Shown here in pieces: positions 29,829-39,395 of a stretch of 64,000 nucleotides of DNA. Location of the stretch: the NCBI GenBank assembly GCA_964561855.1, contig CAZLQP010000002.1:64475-128474 (forward strand), read 5' to 3'. The position numbers and the translations under genes are program-made. The notes below the pieces were generated by a model, which saw nothing but the letters and a program-made list of their open reading frames with translations, did no database searches and was not told where the DNA came from. Position 1 is the first letter of the stretch. Every line of letters starts with the position of its first letter. Source of the stretch: an uncultured Burkholderiales bacterium. GTDB lineage: Bacteria > Actinomycetota > Acidimicrobiia > IMCC26256 > JAGPDB01.

Positions 29829-29853
29829 AAATTGGCAGCTATATTGCCAATTT
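29829..29853 (-). terminator. Intrinsic terminator of the 1457-aa gene (aaattggca / tgccaattt, 7-nt loop, then UUUCCAAUUUUUC)
   Basis: Read directly. The stem includes the stop codon. Confidence 0.65.
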
Positions 29854-32800
29854 AGCTCTCAATTTTGGGCATATGACGCCTTTTTCGTAATTCTCTTACT
29901 AAAAATGTAAGACCAACAATATTAAGTGCGACCAAAACAGAATAGATCAAAAAGGTGTTCAATTTTTTAGGATTGATATTGAGAGGATTTTTCTTAAGGT
30001 CATCAGAATCTGAATCGGCTTTAGGATTCGAGCTGGTAGCTTGACCCTCTGAATTTGTCTCATCTAACTCATCAACATCTTCAAAATCTGAGGATTCGAG
30101 ATTAGTTTGCGCCTGATTTTGCTCTCTTTGTTCATCGACAGGAAAATCCGATATTTGTGATGGGTAGAAACCAGCAAAGATTCCTTCTCGGATTTCTCCC
30201 TCACTCAAAACAAAGACATCTGATTGTTGACTCTCCGGATCGATTGAAGAAACGATAGTCTCTTCAATGCCCGTTCTCTTCGGGGACAAATCGAAACCTT
30301 GCGGGGTAACAAATTTGAGTTGATATCCTTCTGCAGGTAAAACATTTGTAAATTCTGCTACACCACTTTCATTAGTAGTTACAGAATCAAGCACTACTCC
30401 TTCTCTAAGTAGTTCAACTTCAATTCCTTCCAAGGCAATTTCATTTTCATCCGCAATACCATCTTCATTCTCATCCATCCAGGCATTTGCTCTAACTAAA
30501 GAATATGTTCCTATTTCGCTATAAGCAGTGTAAATATTGTTGTACGGGGTCGGATCATCAGACAAAACTGCGTTCGTCAATAACAACAAATTTCCTTGTG
30601 AACCTTCATCGACGCGAATCGTCAACTCGTAGACTTGAGAATCAAAGCCATCTAAATTGAAAGTCGGCCATTGGACTCTGTCTTCTATAAAAGTTCCCCC
30701 ACTCGAAGAAACATAAGAGGTATTAAGTGGCAAATAGCTAGTTAAATTAATATCCTGCGCTCTGGAAAGAGGGTCGTTACTTGCGATATTTGTAACCTCG
30801 ATTATGTAGTTAATAAGTTGCCCTGGAAATACTTTACCGGAATAGCCAGTTGTCGTTATTCGAATATCCGGAATACACATTTCTCCGTCTTCGTATTGCA
30901 CAATAGCTGTTGAACTTAAACCAACATTGTGAACTTCTTGAAGTTGATCTGTGACTTGAATCTGACCGGAATTCGTTAAGGGAGTAATAATATTGCATGC
31001 ATCTTCCACAACAGTTTGATAACAAATCTCAGGATCATCACCCGAAAATGTTAGAACTACCAGAGGATTCATATTTTCACTCGCCCACGGCAGCGAGTTA
31101 TTTGCTTTAAATTGAAAACTGGCTTCAAGTTCAGAATAGTCGTCAACTGAAATTCCAGAAATGTCTAGAATCCCCGGTTCTGTAACATTGCCCGCTACCG
31201 TCAAGAGATCGATCATCTCATAACCTGTGACAGGATTAGATTGCGAATCTACTATGGTGACGTAAAGCTCTGATAAGTCTTCGATCGAAGTACCGATCGG
31301 CATAACTAACTTTGCTTCATTCCAACTATCAACTTTCGAGGATAATACTTCGCAATAAAATCGTGAAGGCTCGACTGTAACATTTTGAGTATATCTTCTA
31401 CAAGGGGCACTTCCCGTTGATGCATCAAATGACCAGGTGTCACCATTTCTTCCTTTGGCCCATACGCATCCGTTATTGTCAGGTACATATCCAATATCGT
31501 TTGTATCACCAGTAACGCCAATTTCACTTGAGGTAATACCATTAAACGTCCAAGGATCCCATCTAGAAGAACCAGCTCCTTGATGACCAAAACCTGAACA
31601 CAAAGCATTCTCAGTCCAGTTGAAACATACAGCCTTACCCGATCTCGGAGAAGCTATTAGATATGCTTTTTCCCATGCAAAAATTGTGGCTTGATCGCCA
31701 TCTGAAAGAGTGACCTCAGCCGCATGAAATGTCGGCAAGAAGTTGGCCATATCAACGGCTTCTCTTCCGGCTGTAGTCACTGTATTGAGTTGGTCCGTAA
31801 TAGCTACTGATGTTCCTGTTTGTAAATCATTACAATTGATGCCCAAATATGTAAAGTTCTGTGGCCGGTAGGCAAATGCACAAACTGAATTATTGATTGG
31901 ATTTATGAATGGTTGTGTCAACCTGCAAAAACGGTCGTTGTAACAGTTAGGTCGAGGATTAGAAAAGTATCCGCCATCTCCATTACTGCAACGTCCATCT
32001 CCTGTAGTTGCATCAAAACAGACCAGTCGAGTTCCTTTGCAGATATCGACTACAAAATTACATCCAAAAATATCTAGATTCGATTCAAAAGCATAATTCA
32101 TGTAAATATACATCTTTGTGCCTTGCACTATCGATTGAGCAATAGGGCCAGTTGAGCCATAATCCGTATGATTAGCAGGAGTATATGCCGTTACAACTCC
32201 ACCATAAGAAGCTACAAGATCTTTGGTTGTATGACTCCCACATGGTGTAGAACCTATCGCAGGATCATAACTATAAACTTTCAACGTAATGTCATAGGTG
32301 AAAAGACAATCCCCAATTTTATTAAGTTGTTGAATGCGACTCTGGCGTTGACCTCCGAGGGGTGCGCCTGCGGAACTTAACTGTATGTATTCTTGCCCTT
32401 CACACATGTCGTTTGTATTTGTGTCAAAACAGACTATTCCGAAACCAAGATTTCTTTGTGTTGAAGTAAATATTCGACCGTCTTCATCTAAATAGTGCAA
32501 CGGTGTCACAGGAGAACGAAAATCGCTATTGCCTTGAGAATCATAAAAGTCTTTTGGATAACCTGCGCAGTTATCACCTGTTGCTTTTTCGACACACCCG
32601 ATATCGAACTTTCTCTGTCCAGGACCTTCACCTGCAAGAGTAGAAGTAAACAGTGTAAAAATTCTTTCTCCATGAACTATTGGAAGATATCCTGAATTGT
32701 CAGATGTTGAATTGGTAAATATTTCAGAAGTCTGAGTAACTTCTGCAGAATCTCCCTTCGCGCCGACAGGTACATTTTCTTTAGAAACTCTTATCGCATT

Positions 32801-34225
32801 TATTCCAGATAGATTTGATTCACTGGAAAAATTTTCTCCCCCATCATTCGAAAATTGCTTTATGTAACCAGGAGGAGTAACCAACGAGTCTTGAACATAC
32901 TGCTGACGAGACGATATTGTTTCATTCAAGAGTAAATCCATTGGAGAAGCTAAGTCATTTTGAATCGTAAATTTCCAGTTCATTTCTGAACCTGGTCTGA
33001 CTTCCTCTAATTCGTTGCCATTTTCATCGGTCAGCGTTTTTGAAGCTATCGAGATCGAAGTCCTTCCTCCGCCAGGGCCAAAAATTGAGTCTAAATAATC
33101 TGGAATTCCATCGCCATCAGAGTCATCATTACCTAAATTTCCGTCGCCGTTTACATCTTCTTCGATGTTCGTAATTCCATCGCCATCATAATCGTCGCTG
33201 TCTTCAGCACGATACGGTAAAACGAATTGAGGGTTTGCCATTCGTCTTCCTAGAGTTAATTGAGAAGCTGCGGTCAGGTGAATAAAGTCGGCTCCTCTCA
33301 ATAAATCTTCTGTTTCTACGACGAACGTTTTAGGGTCGCTATCAGCAATGTTTTGAATGGCTTGACGGACATTGTTATTGCCTTGAGTTACTTTTTCAAA
33401 AGTTGAACATGGATGGACTGCAAGTATGCAAACGCTAACGGCACATCCTGATGGATTGTAAATCAGATTGTAGACATTCGATAAACATTGCTGACCAGAG
33501 ATCTTTCCCAAAATATTGATTGCATCAGGATGCATCTCTAAATCCTGTTTAACCGAATCAAGCAGTTCTGTAAGGTTTGCCTGATAATTCTCCACAGTCT
33601 CTGCCTTTACAGCATCTGATTCCCCTTGCATCCAATAAAACGCGTCTATCGAATACGTATCGCCATTTGCCTGCATGATAGCTGCAAGATCAAGTCTTCT
33701 TTGTTTCAACATGTCATATGATTTTCCGACTGAATTAACATTCCAATCGGCAAGACCACCAAATTCGTTACTCGGAGTTTGAGCGAGTCTCTGCAAACCA
33801 TAGGTCACTTTCAAAAAGACCATGTTTCTTCGCCCTTGATCCCACAAGTTTCTTGCTATACCTATTTCAGGTCCAAAGTAATTTTTGGGTTGGACAGAAG
33901 TTAGCGGTAAAAGTTCAGTTGATGAACTATTAAATCTTGTAACAGTCAGTTGATCATCACCAGTAGACCACATAATTTTTGTTGCACTGTCTGCGGGATG
34001 ACTTCCAAGTGGAGGGTTCATTGAACTCACAAAGCTTGTATCGCCTTGTGCGTTTGATTGTCCTGCGAGAACTAGTACCGAATAGTGGGTTGAATTCTCG
34101 TTCGCTACAATTTCGTCTTGGCTTGTTAAAAATGTAGAAACGACCAAAACTGAAAGAATCACTCTTAATGCGTACGACAGTAAAGGTGTTTTATGTTTGA
34201 GCCTGAGAGTATGCAGAATTAACAC
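29852..34225 (-). CDS. Giant secreted/anchored multidomain surface protein: SGNH/SASA-type esterase-like domain, TSP3-like Ca-binding repeats, Cys-paired repeat region, DUF11-like and SdrD/Cna-B-like domains, acidic spacer, C-terminal TM anchor
   Basis: 1457 aa. N-terminal signal-like segment. VLVLAGQSNAQGD. DSDDYDGDGITNIEEDVNGDGNLGNDDSDGDGIPDYLD. SdrD-like DENEDGIADENEIALEGIEVEL. C-terminal hydrophobic helix plus RKRR. GTG start, uncertain. Confidence 0.8.
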   Translation of the reverse strand: MLILHTLRLKHKTPLLSYALRVILSVLVVSTFLTSQDEIVANENSTHYSVLVLAGQSNAQGDTSFVSSMNPPLGSHPADSATKIMWSTGDDQLTVTRFNSSSTELLPLTSVQPKNYFGPEIGIARNLWDQGRRNMVFLKVTYGLQRLAQTPSNEFGGLADWNVNSVGKSYDMLKQRRLDLAAIMQANGDTYSIDAFYWMQGESDAVKAETVENYQANLTELLDSVKQDLEMHPDAINILGKISGQQCLSNVYNLIYNPSGCAVSVCILAVHPCSTFEKVTQGNNNVRQAIQNIADSDPKTFVVETEDLLRGADFIHLTAASQLTLGRRMANPQFVLPYRAEDSDDYDGDGITNIEEDVNGDGNLGNDDSDGDGIPDYLDSIFGPGGGRTSISIASKTLTDENGNELEEVRPGSEMNWKFTIQNDLASPMDLLLNETISSRQQYVQDSLVTPPGYIKQFSNDGGENFSSESNLSGINAIRVSKENVPVGAKGDSAEVTQTSEIFTNSTSDNSGYLPIVHGERIFTLFTSTLAGEGPGQRKFDIGCVEKATGDNCAGYPKDFYDSQGNSDFRSPVTPLHYLDEDGRIFTSTQRNLGFGIVCFDTNTNDMCEGQEYIQLSSAGAPLGGQRQSRIQQLNKIGDCLFTYDITLKVYSYDPAIGSTPCGSHTTKDLVASYGGVVTAYTPANHTDYGSTGPIAQSIVQGTKMYIYMNYAFESNLDIFGCNFVVDICKGTRLVCFDATTGDGRCSNGDGGYFSNPRPNCYNDRFCRLTQPFINPINNSVCAFAYRPQNFTYLGINCNDLQTGTSVAITDQLNTVTTAGREAVDMANFLPTFHAAEVTLSDGDQATIFAWEKAYLIASPRSGKAVCFNWTENALCSGFGHQGAGSSRWDPWTFNGITSSEIGVTGDTNDIGYVPDNNGCVWAKGRNGDTWSFDASTGSAPCRRYTQNVTVEPSRFYCEVLSSKVDSWNEAKLVMPIGTSIEDLSELYVTIVDSQSNPVTGYEMIDLLTVAGNVTEPGILDISGISVDDYSELEASFQFKANNSLPWASENMNPLVVLTFSGDDPEICYQTVVEDACNIITPLTNSGQIQVTDQLQEVHNVGLSSTAIVQYEDGEMCIPDIRITTTGYSGKVFPGQLINYIIEVTNIASNDPLSRAQDINLTSYLPLNTSYVSSSGGTFIEDRVQWPTFNLDGFDSQVYELTIRVDEGSQGNLLLLTNAVLSDDPTPYNNIYTAYSEIGTYSLVRANAWMDENEDGIADENEIALEGIEVELLREGVVLDSVTTNESGVAEFTNVLPAEGYQLKFVTPQGFDLSPKRTGIEETIVSSIDPESQQSDVFVLSEGEIREGIFAGFYPSQISDFPVDEQREQNQAQTNLESSDFEDVDELDETNSEGQATSSNPKADSDSDDLKKNPLNINPKKLNTFLIYSVLVALNIVGLTFLVRELRKRRHMPKIES

Positions 34226-34376
34226 CGATATCCATATCCCTACTGTTCGTTTGCCGATTCAATACATATATAATCGACATTTTACGAACCTGTAGGACTA
34301 GGCAATTTGATTCATTTCTGAAATAAAAACACTAACAATGCGAATCAGGCGAAAATCTAGAGGTAATAAATCGTCC

Positions 34377-35045
34377 CTAGCTGATTCTACGTTCCAGAAT
34401 CTCCAGAATTCTATTCAGTACGTTGCCTGCTTCACCTATTCCGCCGACTTTTTCTAAGAGATTCTTGCTGTCATAAAATTCTAAAAGCGGAGCAGTTTCT
34501 TTTTCATATAGTTCGAGTCTCGTCTGAATTGCTTCAGGAGTATCATCTTTTCGCTGTTTCACATCTCCGCCACAAACATCACACGTCCAGTCAGATTTAG
34601 GAGGATTGTCGATATGATAAATTGCACCGCAGTCTGCACATACTCTTCTACCAGTGAGTCTGTGCATCACGATATCTGTATCTACCTCGATACTAATTGC
34701 ACAATGCAGAGGTGCATTTTTCTGATTCAATATTTCTTCTAGTGCAGATGCTTGACCTTGTGTTCTAGGAAAGCCATCAAGGATAAAACCGTCAGATAAC
34801 AATTCAGGAGAGTTATCGAATTTTTCAGCTACAACTTTTATTACTGTTTCATCTGGGACTAATTGTCCCTTATCTATATAACTTTGCGCTTCCTTACCGG
34901 CAGGTGTTCCAGCTTTTATCGCTGCTCGAAAAATGTCTCCTGTAGAAAGATGGTGGCTGCCGAAATGCTCGACCAATAAAGCAGCTTGAGTACCTTTGCC
35001 TGCACCCTGCTTTCCAAAAAGAATAATCCGAGGTTTCATAGTCAT
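34377..35045 (-). CDS. adk: Adenylate kinase (Zn-lid type)
   Basis: GKQGAGKGTQ P-loop. Lid with CADCG...CDVCG. Confidence 0.95.
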   Translation of the reverse strand: MTMKPRIILFGKQGAGKGTQAALLVEHFGSHHLSTGDIFRAAIKAGTPAGKEAQSYIDKGQLVPDETVIKVVAEKFDNSPELLSDGFILDGFPRTQGQASALEEILNQKNAPLHCAISIEVDTDIVMHRLTGRRVCADCGAIYHIDNPPKSDWTCDVCGGDVKQRKDDTPEAIQTRLELYEKETAPLLEFYDSKNLLEKVGGIGEAGNVLNRILEILERRIS

Positions 35046-35091
35046 ATATTGAGTAGTAACTATAGTGCTAAAAGCTTCACTGAATCACTTT

Positions 35092-35118
35092 GTCCCATTT
35101 GGAGGGTCAGTCCTCCGG
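35092..35118. repeat. Half copy of the palindromic repeat (gtcccatttggagggtcagtcctccgg) abutting the secY stop codon
   Basis: Matches one arm of the 1416..1487 element except for one base in the A/T tract. Confidence 0.8.
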
Positions 35119-36453
35119 TTAGGATTTAGAGAGGAAACCTTCGTAGTTTCGAAGTGACATTTGTGAATCTATCTGCTTCATAGTTTCAAGCGATACTCCA
35201 ACCATGATCAACATTGATGTTCCACCAAATGGGAACTGTGTAATGTTCCAAAGAATCGTTACGAATATCGGGAAACCTGCGATGAACGCCACCATTATTG
35301 CACCAGGCAGAGTAATACGGTTGAGAATACGAGTTAAGTAACGTTCAGTATCTGCACCTGGTTTGATACCTGGGATATAACCACCTTGTTTGCGAATAAT
35401 ATCTGCTTGTTGAGAAGGATTAAAAGCAATATATGTATAGAAATATGAAAATCCAAGAATCAAAACAACTTGAGCTGCTAGATACCACCATGATTGACCG
35501 TTAATGAAATTATTTTCAACAAATTGACGGAAACTTTCATTGTTTGCCAAACCTGCAATCAACGCTGGAAACAACAAGAGTGACTGAGCAAAAATAACTG
35601 GCACGATACCCGCAGTATTTACTTTCATCGGAATATATGAACTTTGACCACCCATCATCTTTCTTCCGACAACTCGTTTTGCAAACTGCACTGGTATTCG
35701 TCTCTGCCCAGATTCTACGAACACAACACCTGCGATCATTGCAAGGCCGATCATAAGGAATACGACGAATTGTTCACGAGATCCTTCTGTCCATATTGCA
35801 GCAAACTGAAATGGAACGGTACTTGCAACAGAGGCGAAAATCAGAATAGACATTCCATTTCCAATTCCCTTAGAAGTGATCAATTCTCCCATCCACATCA
35901 GCAACGCTGTACCTGCCACAAGCGTAAGAATCATCAATAAATATTTTGGAGTAGTCATGTTGTTGACAAGGAAAGAAGTAACAGCTGTACCATCTGCATC
36001 ATTGAAGCTTTGTCCGTAAAGCTGGCCTTGATTTAGCTGGTAAACCAAAACTGAAGATTGTAGTAGCGCTAAAAGAATTGTCACATACCTTGTAGTCTGT
36101 GTAACTTTCTTTTGACCTTCCGGGCCTTCTTGCTTCCAAGTTTTAACTTTTGGAATTATTTCTCCCAGCAATTGCATGATGATGCTTGCTGTAATGTACG
36201 GCATAATTCCGAGAGCAAAAACTGCAAGGTTTCGAAGTCCACCACCGGCAAGGAGGGCAAAGTAGTTAAGAAGTCCGCCACCTTGATCAGAGAAAATTTC
36301 TGGGTTTCCTAATGTAGCTCGAACTCTTTCATAGTCAACATATGGCAATACAATGAATGATCCAATTCGGTAAAGGACAATGATTGCAAGGGTGAAGAAA
36401 ATCTTTTTTCTCAAGTCCCCTATTCGGAACATCAATGACAGCTTGTCGATCAC
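35119..36453 (-). CDS. secY: Preprotein translocase SecY
   Basis: 444 aa, 10-TM profile, GIMPYITASII motif. Confidence 0.96.
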   Translation of the reverse strand: MIDKLSLMFRIGDLRKKIFFTLAIIVLYRIGSFIVLPYVDYERVRATLGNPEIFSDQGGGLLNYFALLAGGGLRNLAVFALGIMPYITASIIMQLLGEIIPKVKTWKQEGPEGQKKVTQTTRYVTILLALLQSSVLVYQLNQGQLYGQSFNDADGTAVTSFLVNNMTTPKYLLMILTLVAGTALLMWMGELITSKGIGNGMSILIFASVASTVPFQFAAIWTEGSREQFVVFLMIGLAMIAGVVFVESGQRRIPVQFAKRVVGRKMMGGQSSYIPMKVNTAGIVPVIFAQSLLLFPALIAGLANNESFRQFVENNFINGQSWWYLAAQVVLILGFSYFYTYIAFNPSQQADIIRKQGGYIPGIKPGADTERYLTRILNRITLPGAIMVAFIAGFPIFVTILWNITQFPFGGTSMLIMVGVSLETMKQIDSQMSLRNYEGFLSKS

Positions 36454-36583
36454 TTAGCTTTCCTCTCAAATTCTTTCATCTACGCACAATTTATCAGGTA
36501 GAAATATTGCTAAAGCAGTTATTCATACTAGTTCATCACTTTCGATAATCTTGAGATTGTCGAGTCAATTTTCTCGAGATTTT

Positions 36584-37072
36584 CTAAATTGTGAGCTTTC
36601 TTCCTGGTGTATCTGCGCCAAAATTAGCGATTTCTAGATCAATATTGAGTGGTACAGTTTTTAGTTCGTCGTTTTCACCCATGAGCTCCGAAGGTACGGC
36701 CCACATTACTTCAAACTCGATGCCATCTGGGTCTTTACCATATACGCTTTTAGATGCTCCATGATCAGATGCACCAGTGTATGAATTTTGTTGCATTAGT
36801 TTCTCAGACATTTCTTTAAGATCACGCAAAGTTTCAACTTGCCAAGCTAGATGATACAAACCCACATTTTGTCCGCGAGGAGCTGAAGCAGCATTTTCTC
36901 CAATACTGAATAGTCCTAGATCGTGATCATTGTTTGAAAGAGGTGATCTCATAAATACAGCACCTGGTAGTTGTGCTGCAATTTCGAATCCGAAAACATC
37001 CTGATAAAATTCTGCAGAGCTTTCAGCATTTCTAACAAAAAGTACTGCATGATTAAGCCTAGAAATACTCAT
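36584..37072 (-). CDS. VOC/glyoxalase-family protein
   Basis: 162 aa. LNHAVLFVRNAESSAEFYQDVFGF and a second beta-alpha-beta-beta-beta module. Confidence 0.75.
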   Translation of the reverse strand: MSISRLNHAVLFVRNAESSAEFYQDVFGFEIAAQLPGAVFMRSPLSNNDHDLGLFSIGENAASAPRGQNVGLYHLAWQVETLRDLKEMSEKLMQQNSYTGASDHGASKSVYGKDPDGIEFEVMWAVPSELMGENDELKTVPLNIDLEIANFGADTPGRKLTI

Positions 37073-37091
37073 ACATCCACATTAGTGAAAA

Positions 37092-37640
37092 CTATCGTTC
37101 TGCGAGGTATTGATTCATTTGGTTCCATAGATCTTGATCGGCCTTCGAACGGATCAAAGGTTCAAATCCGAGGCTTTTGTAGACCTTAACTGCGATCACA
37201 TTTTCCAAATGAGTTTTCAAAAAGGTTTTAGGATACAAATCGTTAAGCTGGTTCAAAATTTTAGCTACTAAAGGCTTCGCAAGATTATTTCCTTGAAATT
37301 CAGGTATTATTGCAACCCAATGAAGCAAACCAAGTAATTCTCCATCAAGTTCTCTTTCCCACGATGTTGCTGTTCCAATTTCTTTATTGTCAGAGACCAA
37401 GAACCAACAGCGTTGTTCTAAAAGATCTTCTTGTCCAGAGGTGAAACTATCAAATTTTTGCTTAGCTTGATCTAAATTTTCAAAAGCACCTGCAGCAAGA
37501 TTTATTTGACACCATTTTTGGGCATCATCTAATTCATTATTAAATAGCCTAAATGAATATTCATGATCGAGCTTGAAACATAACTCGTCTTGAGAATTCC
37601 GAATCATAAACAATGCCGTATCATCGTTTGAGTACGACAT
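37092..37640 (-). CDS. GNAT-family N-acetyltransferase
   Basis: 182 aa. VAIIPEFQGNNLAKPL (motif A) and YKSLGFEP. Confidence 0.75.
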   Translation of the reverse strand: MSYSNDDTALFMIRNSQDELCFKLDHEYSFRLFNNELDDAQKWCQINLAAGAFENLDQAKQKFDSFTSGQEDLLEQRCWFLVSDNKEIGTATSWERELDGELLGLLHWVAIIPEFQGNNLAKPLVAKILNQLNDLYPKTFLKTHLENVIAVKVYKSLGFEPLIRSKADQDLWNQMNQYLAER

Positions 37641-37646
37641 TATTTA

Positions 37647-38144
37647 TTACCTATTTGTGTGTTGATTTCCTTGAGCAGGTCTACGCTTATCTCCCCATGG
37701 AAGTGGAACGATCTCACATGTACCACCAGCAGCTTCGATTGCTGTTTTTGCACTTGCTGAAAATGCATGAGCTTTCACAGTCAAAGCCTTATCGATATTT
37801 CCTCGACCGAGTACTTTTACAAAACCTTGTTTCTTTAAAACTCCAGCAGTTCTCATTGAGCCTGGATCTGCAGTAGCTCCAGCTTCAAATGCAGAAGAAA
37901 GAGAATCTAAGTTAATTGAAAGATACTCAACTCTAAATGGGTTCGAAAAGCCTTTGGCTTTTGGAGAACGACGATATGTTGGAACTTGTCCACCTTCGAA
38001 ACCTGCAAACACAGTGTTGCGTGCATGTTGACCTTTAGTACCACGACCAGCAGTTTTACCGCCTTTACCAGCGATACCTCGACCTACGCGTTTTTTAGTT
38101 TTCTTTTCGCCTTCGTTAGGACGCAAATCATTAATTTTGATCAT
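37647..38144 (-). CDS. rplO: 50S ribosomal protein L15
   Basis: 165 aa, Gly/Lys-rich N-terminus, spc-operon position. Confidence 0.95.
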   Translation of the reverse strand: MIKINDLRPNEGEKKTKKRVGRGIAGKGGKTAGRGTKGQHARNTVFAGFEGGQVPTYRRSPKAKGFSNPFRVEYLSINLDSLSSAFEAGATADPGSMRTAGVLKKQGFVKVLGRGNIDKALTVKAHAFSASAKTAIEAAGGTCEIVPLPWGDKRRPAQGNQHTNR

Positions 38145-38347
38145 TACTGATCCTTTCGCCCAGCTGTGCTGGCATCCTCTACACTAACCAAGTGGTCAAC
38201 GCTGGCAATCATGCCACGAACTACAGGGTTGTCTTCATGTACTCTGCTTCTACCGATTTTTCCTAAACCTAAAGCACGAATCGCACCGCGATGCTTTGGC
38301 TTAGATCCAATAGTGCTTTTAATTTGTGTAACAACTATTTGTGCCAT
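38144..38347 (-). CDS. rpmD: 50S ribosomal protein L30
   Basis: 67 aa. VTQIKSTIGSKPKHR. Confidence 0.95.
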   Translation of the reverse strand: MAQIVVTQIKSTIGSKPKHRGAIRALGLGKIGRSRVHEDNPVVRGMIASVDHLVSVEDASTAGRKDQ

Positions 38348-38931
38348 TATGCCTTCACCTCTGTTTTGGCGTCACGCTTATTTCGTTGTGACTCTTTGTA
38401 TGCAGCATACATTCCTTTGGTGGTTACCTCTTCAGGAGACTTTCCACGAAGTCGAGCTACATCTTCAGGACGTTTAAGAGTTTTAAGACCATGAATTGTT
38501 GCACGAGATACGTTAATCGCATTTGCAGAACCTTGAGATTTTGCCAAAATATCTTGCACTCCTGCGGCTTCTAGGATTGTACGTACTGCTCCACCTGCGA
38601 TTACTCCAGTACCAGGAGCTGCAGGCTTTAACATAACTCGAGCTGCATCATGAATACCTGTATTCATGTGTGTAACGGTACCTCCAGCTAGTGGCACAGA
38701 AAAAACATTCTTCTTCGCTTCTTCAATACCTTTTTGAATAGCCGCTGGAACTTCTTTTGCTTTACCATAGCCAAGTCCAACATTACCGTTTCCGTCACCG
38801 ACGACGACAAGTGCAGTAAAGCCGAAACGACGCCCACCTTTAACTACCTTCGCAACACGATTGATCGCGATAACTCGCTCTTCGAGGTTTGAAGTATTTT
38901 CTTTTGTTTCAGTTGTGCTTTCTTGAGCCAT
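38347..38931 (-). CDS. rpsE: 30S ribosomal protein S5
   Basis: 194 aa. [12 protein letters not shown] motif. Confidence 0.97.
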   Translation of the reverse strand: MAQESTTETKENTSNLEERVIAINRVAKVVKGGRRFGFTALVVVGDGNGNVGLGYGKAKEVPAAIQKGIEEAKKNVFSVPLAGGTVTHMNTGIHDAARVMLKPAAPGTGVIAGGAVRTILEAAGVQDILAKSQGSANAINVSRATIHGLKTLKRPEDVARLRGKSPEEVTTKGMYAAYKESQRNKRDAKTEVKA

Positions 38932-38949
38932 GGTTTTCCCGTTCTGTTC

Positions 38950-39303
38950 CTAAAACTTAATTCCTGCTTCGCGTGCAGCATCAGCCACTGCAGCTACACG
39001 ACCGTGATATTTGTATCCTCCGCGATCGAATACCACTTTCTCGATACCTTTTTCTTTTGCTCTCTTTGCAACCGTTTCTCCGACTTTCTTAGCGGCTTCC
39101 ACATTAGAGGTTGAAGATGAGAGACCCTTTTCATGTGTCGAAGCTGCCGCGATAGTAACTCCAGTAATATCGTCGATGATTTGAGCAACAGTGTGTTTGT
39201 TTGATCTATATACAGCTAAGCGAGGCTTAGTAGCTGAACCTTCGATCTTTTTTCTAACGCGCAAGTGACGTCGTACTCTTGCGTTTTTCGATGTCTTCAA
39301 CAT
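38950..39303 (-). CDS. rplR: 50S ribosomal protein L18
   Basis: 117 aa. [11 protein letters not shown] motif. Confidence 0.97.
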   Translation of the reverse strand: MLKTSKNARVRRHLRVRKKIEGSATKPRLAVYRSNKHTVAQIIDDITGVTIAAASTHEKGLSSSTSNVEAAKKVGETVAKRAKEKGIEKVVFDRGGYKYHGRVAAVADAAREAGIKF

Positions 39304-39321
39304 TGTTGTTTTCCTTTTCTT

Positions 39322-39391
39322 CCGGAGGACTGACCCTCCAAAAGGTACTAATCGCTCAGGCGATTCGTACCTTTTGGAGGGTCAGTCCTCC
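39322..39391. repeat. GC-rich palindromic intergenic repeat, full-length copy inside the spc operon (rplF-rplR spacer)
   Basis: ccggaggactgaccctccaaaaggtac ... gtaccttttggagggtcagtcctcc. Same element as 1416..1487 in the opposite orientation, with a paired gggac/gtccc to ggtac/gtacc change. Confidence 0.9.
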
Positions 39392-39395
39392 TCTA

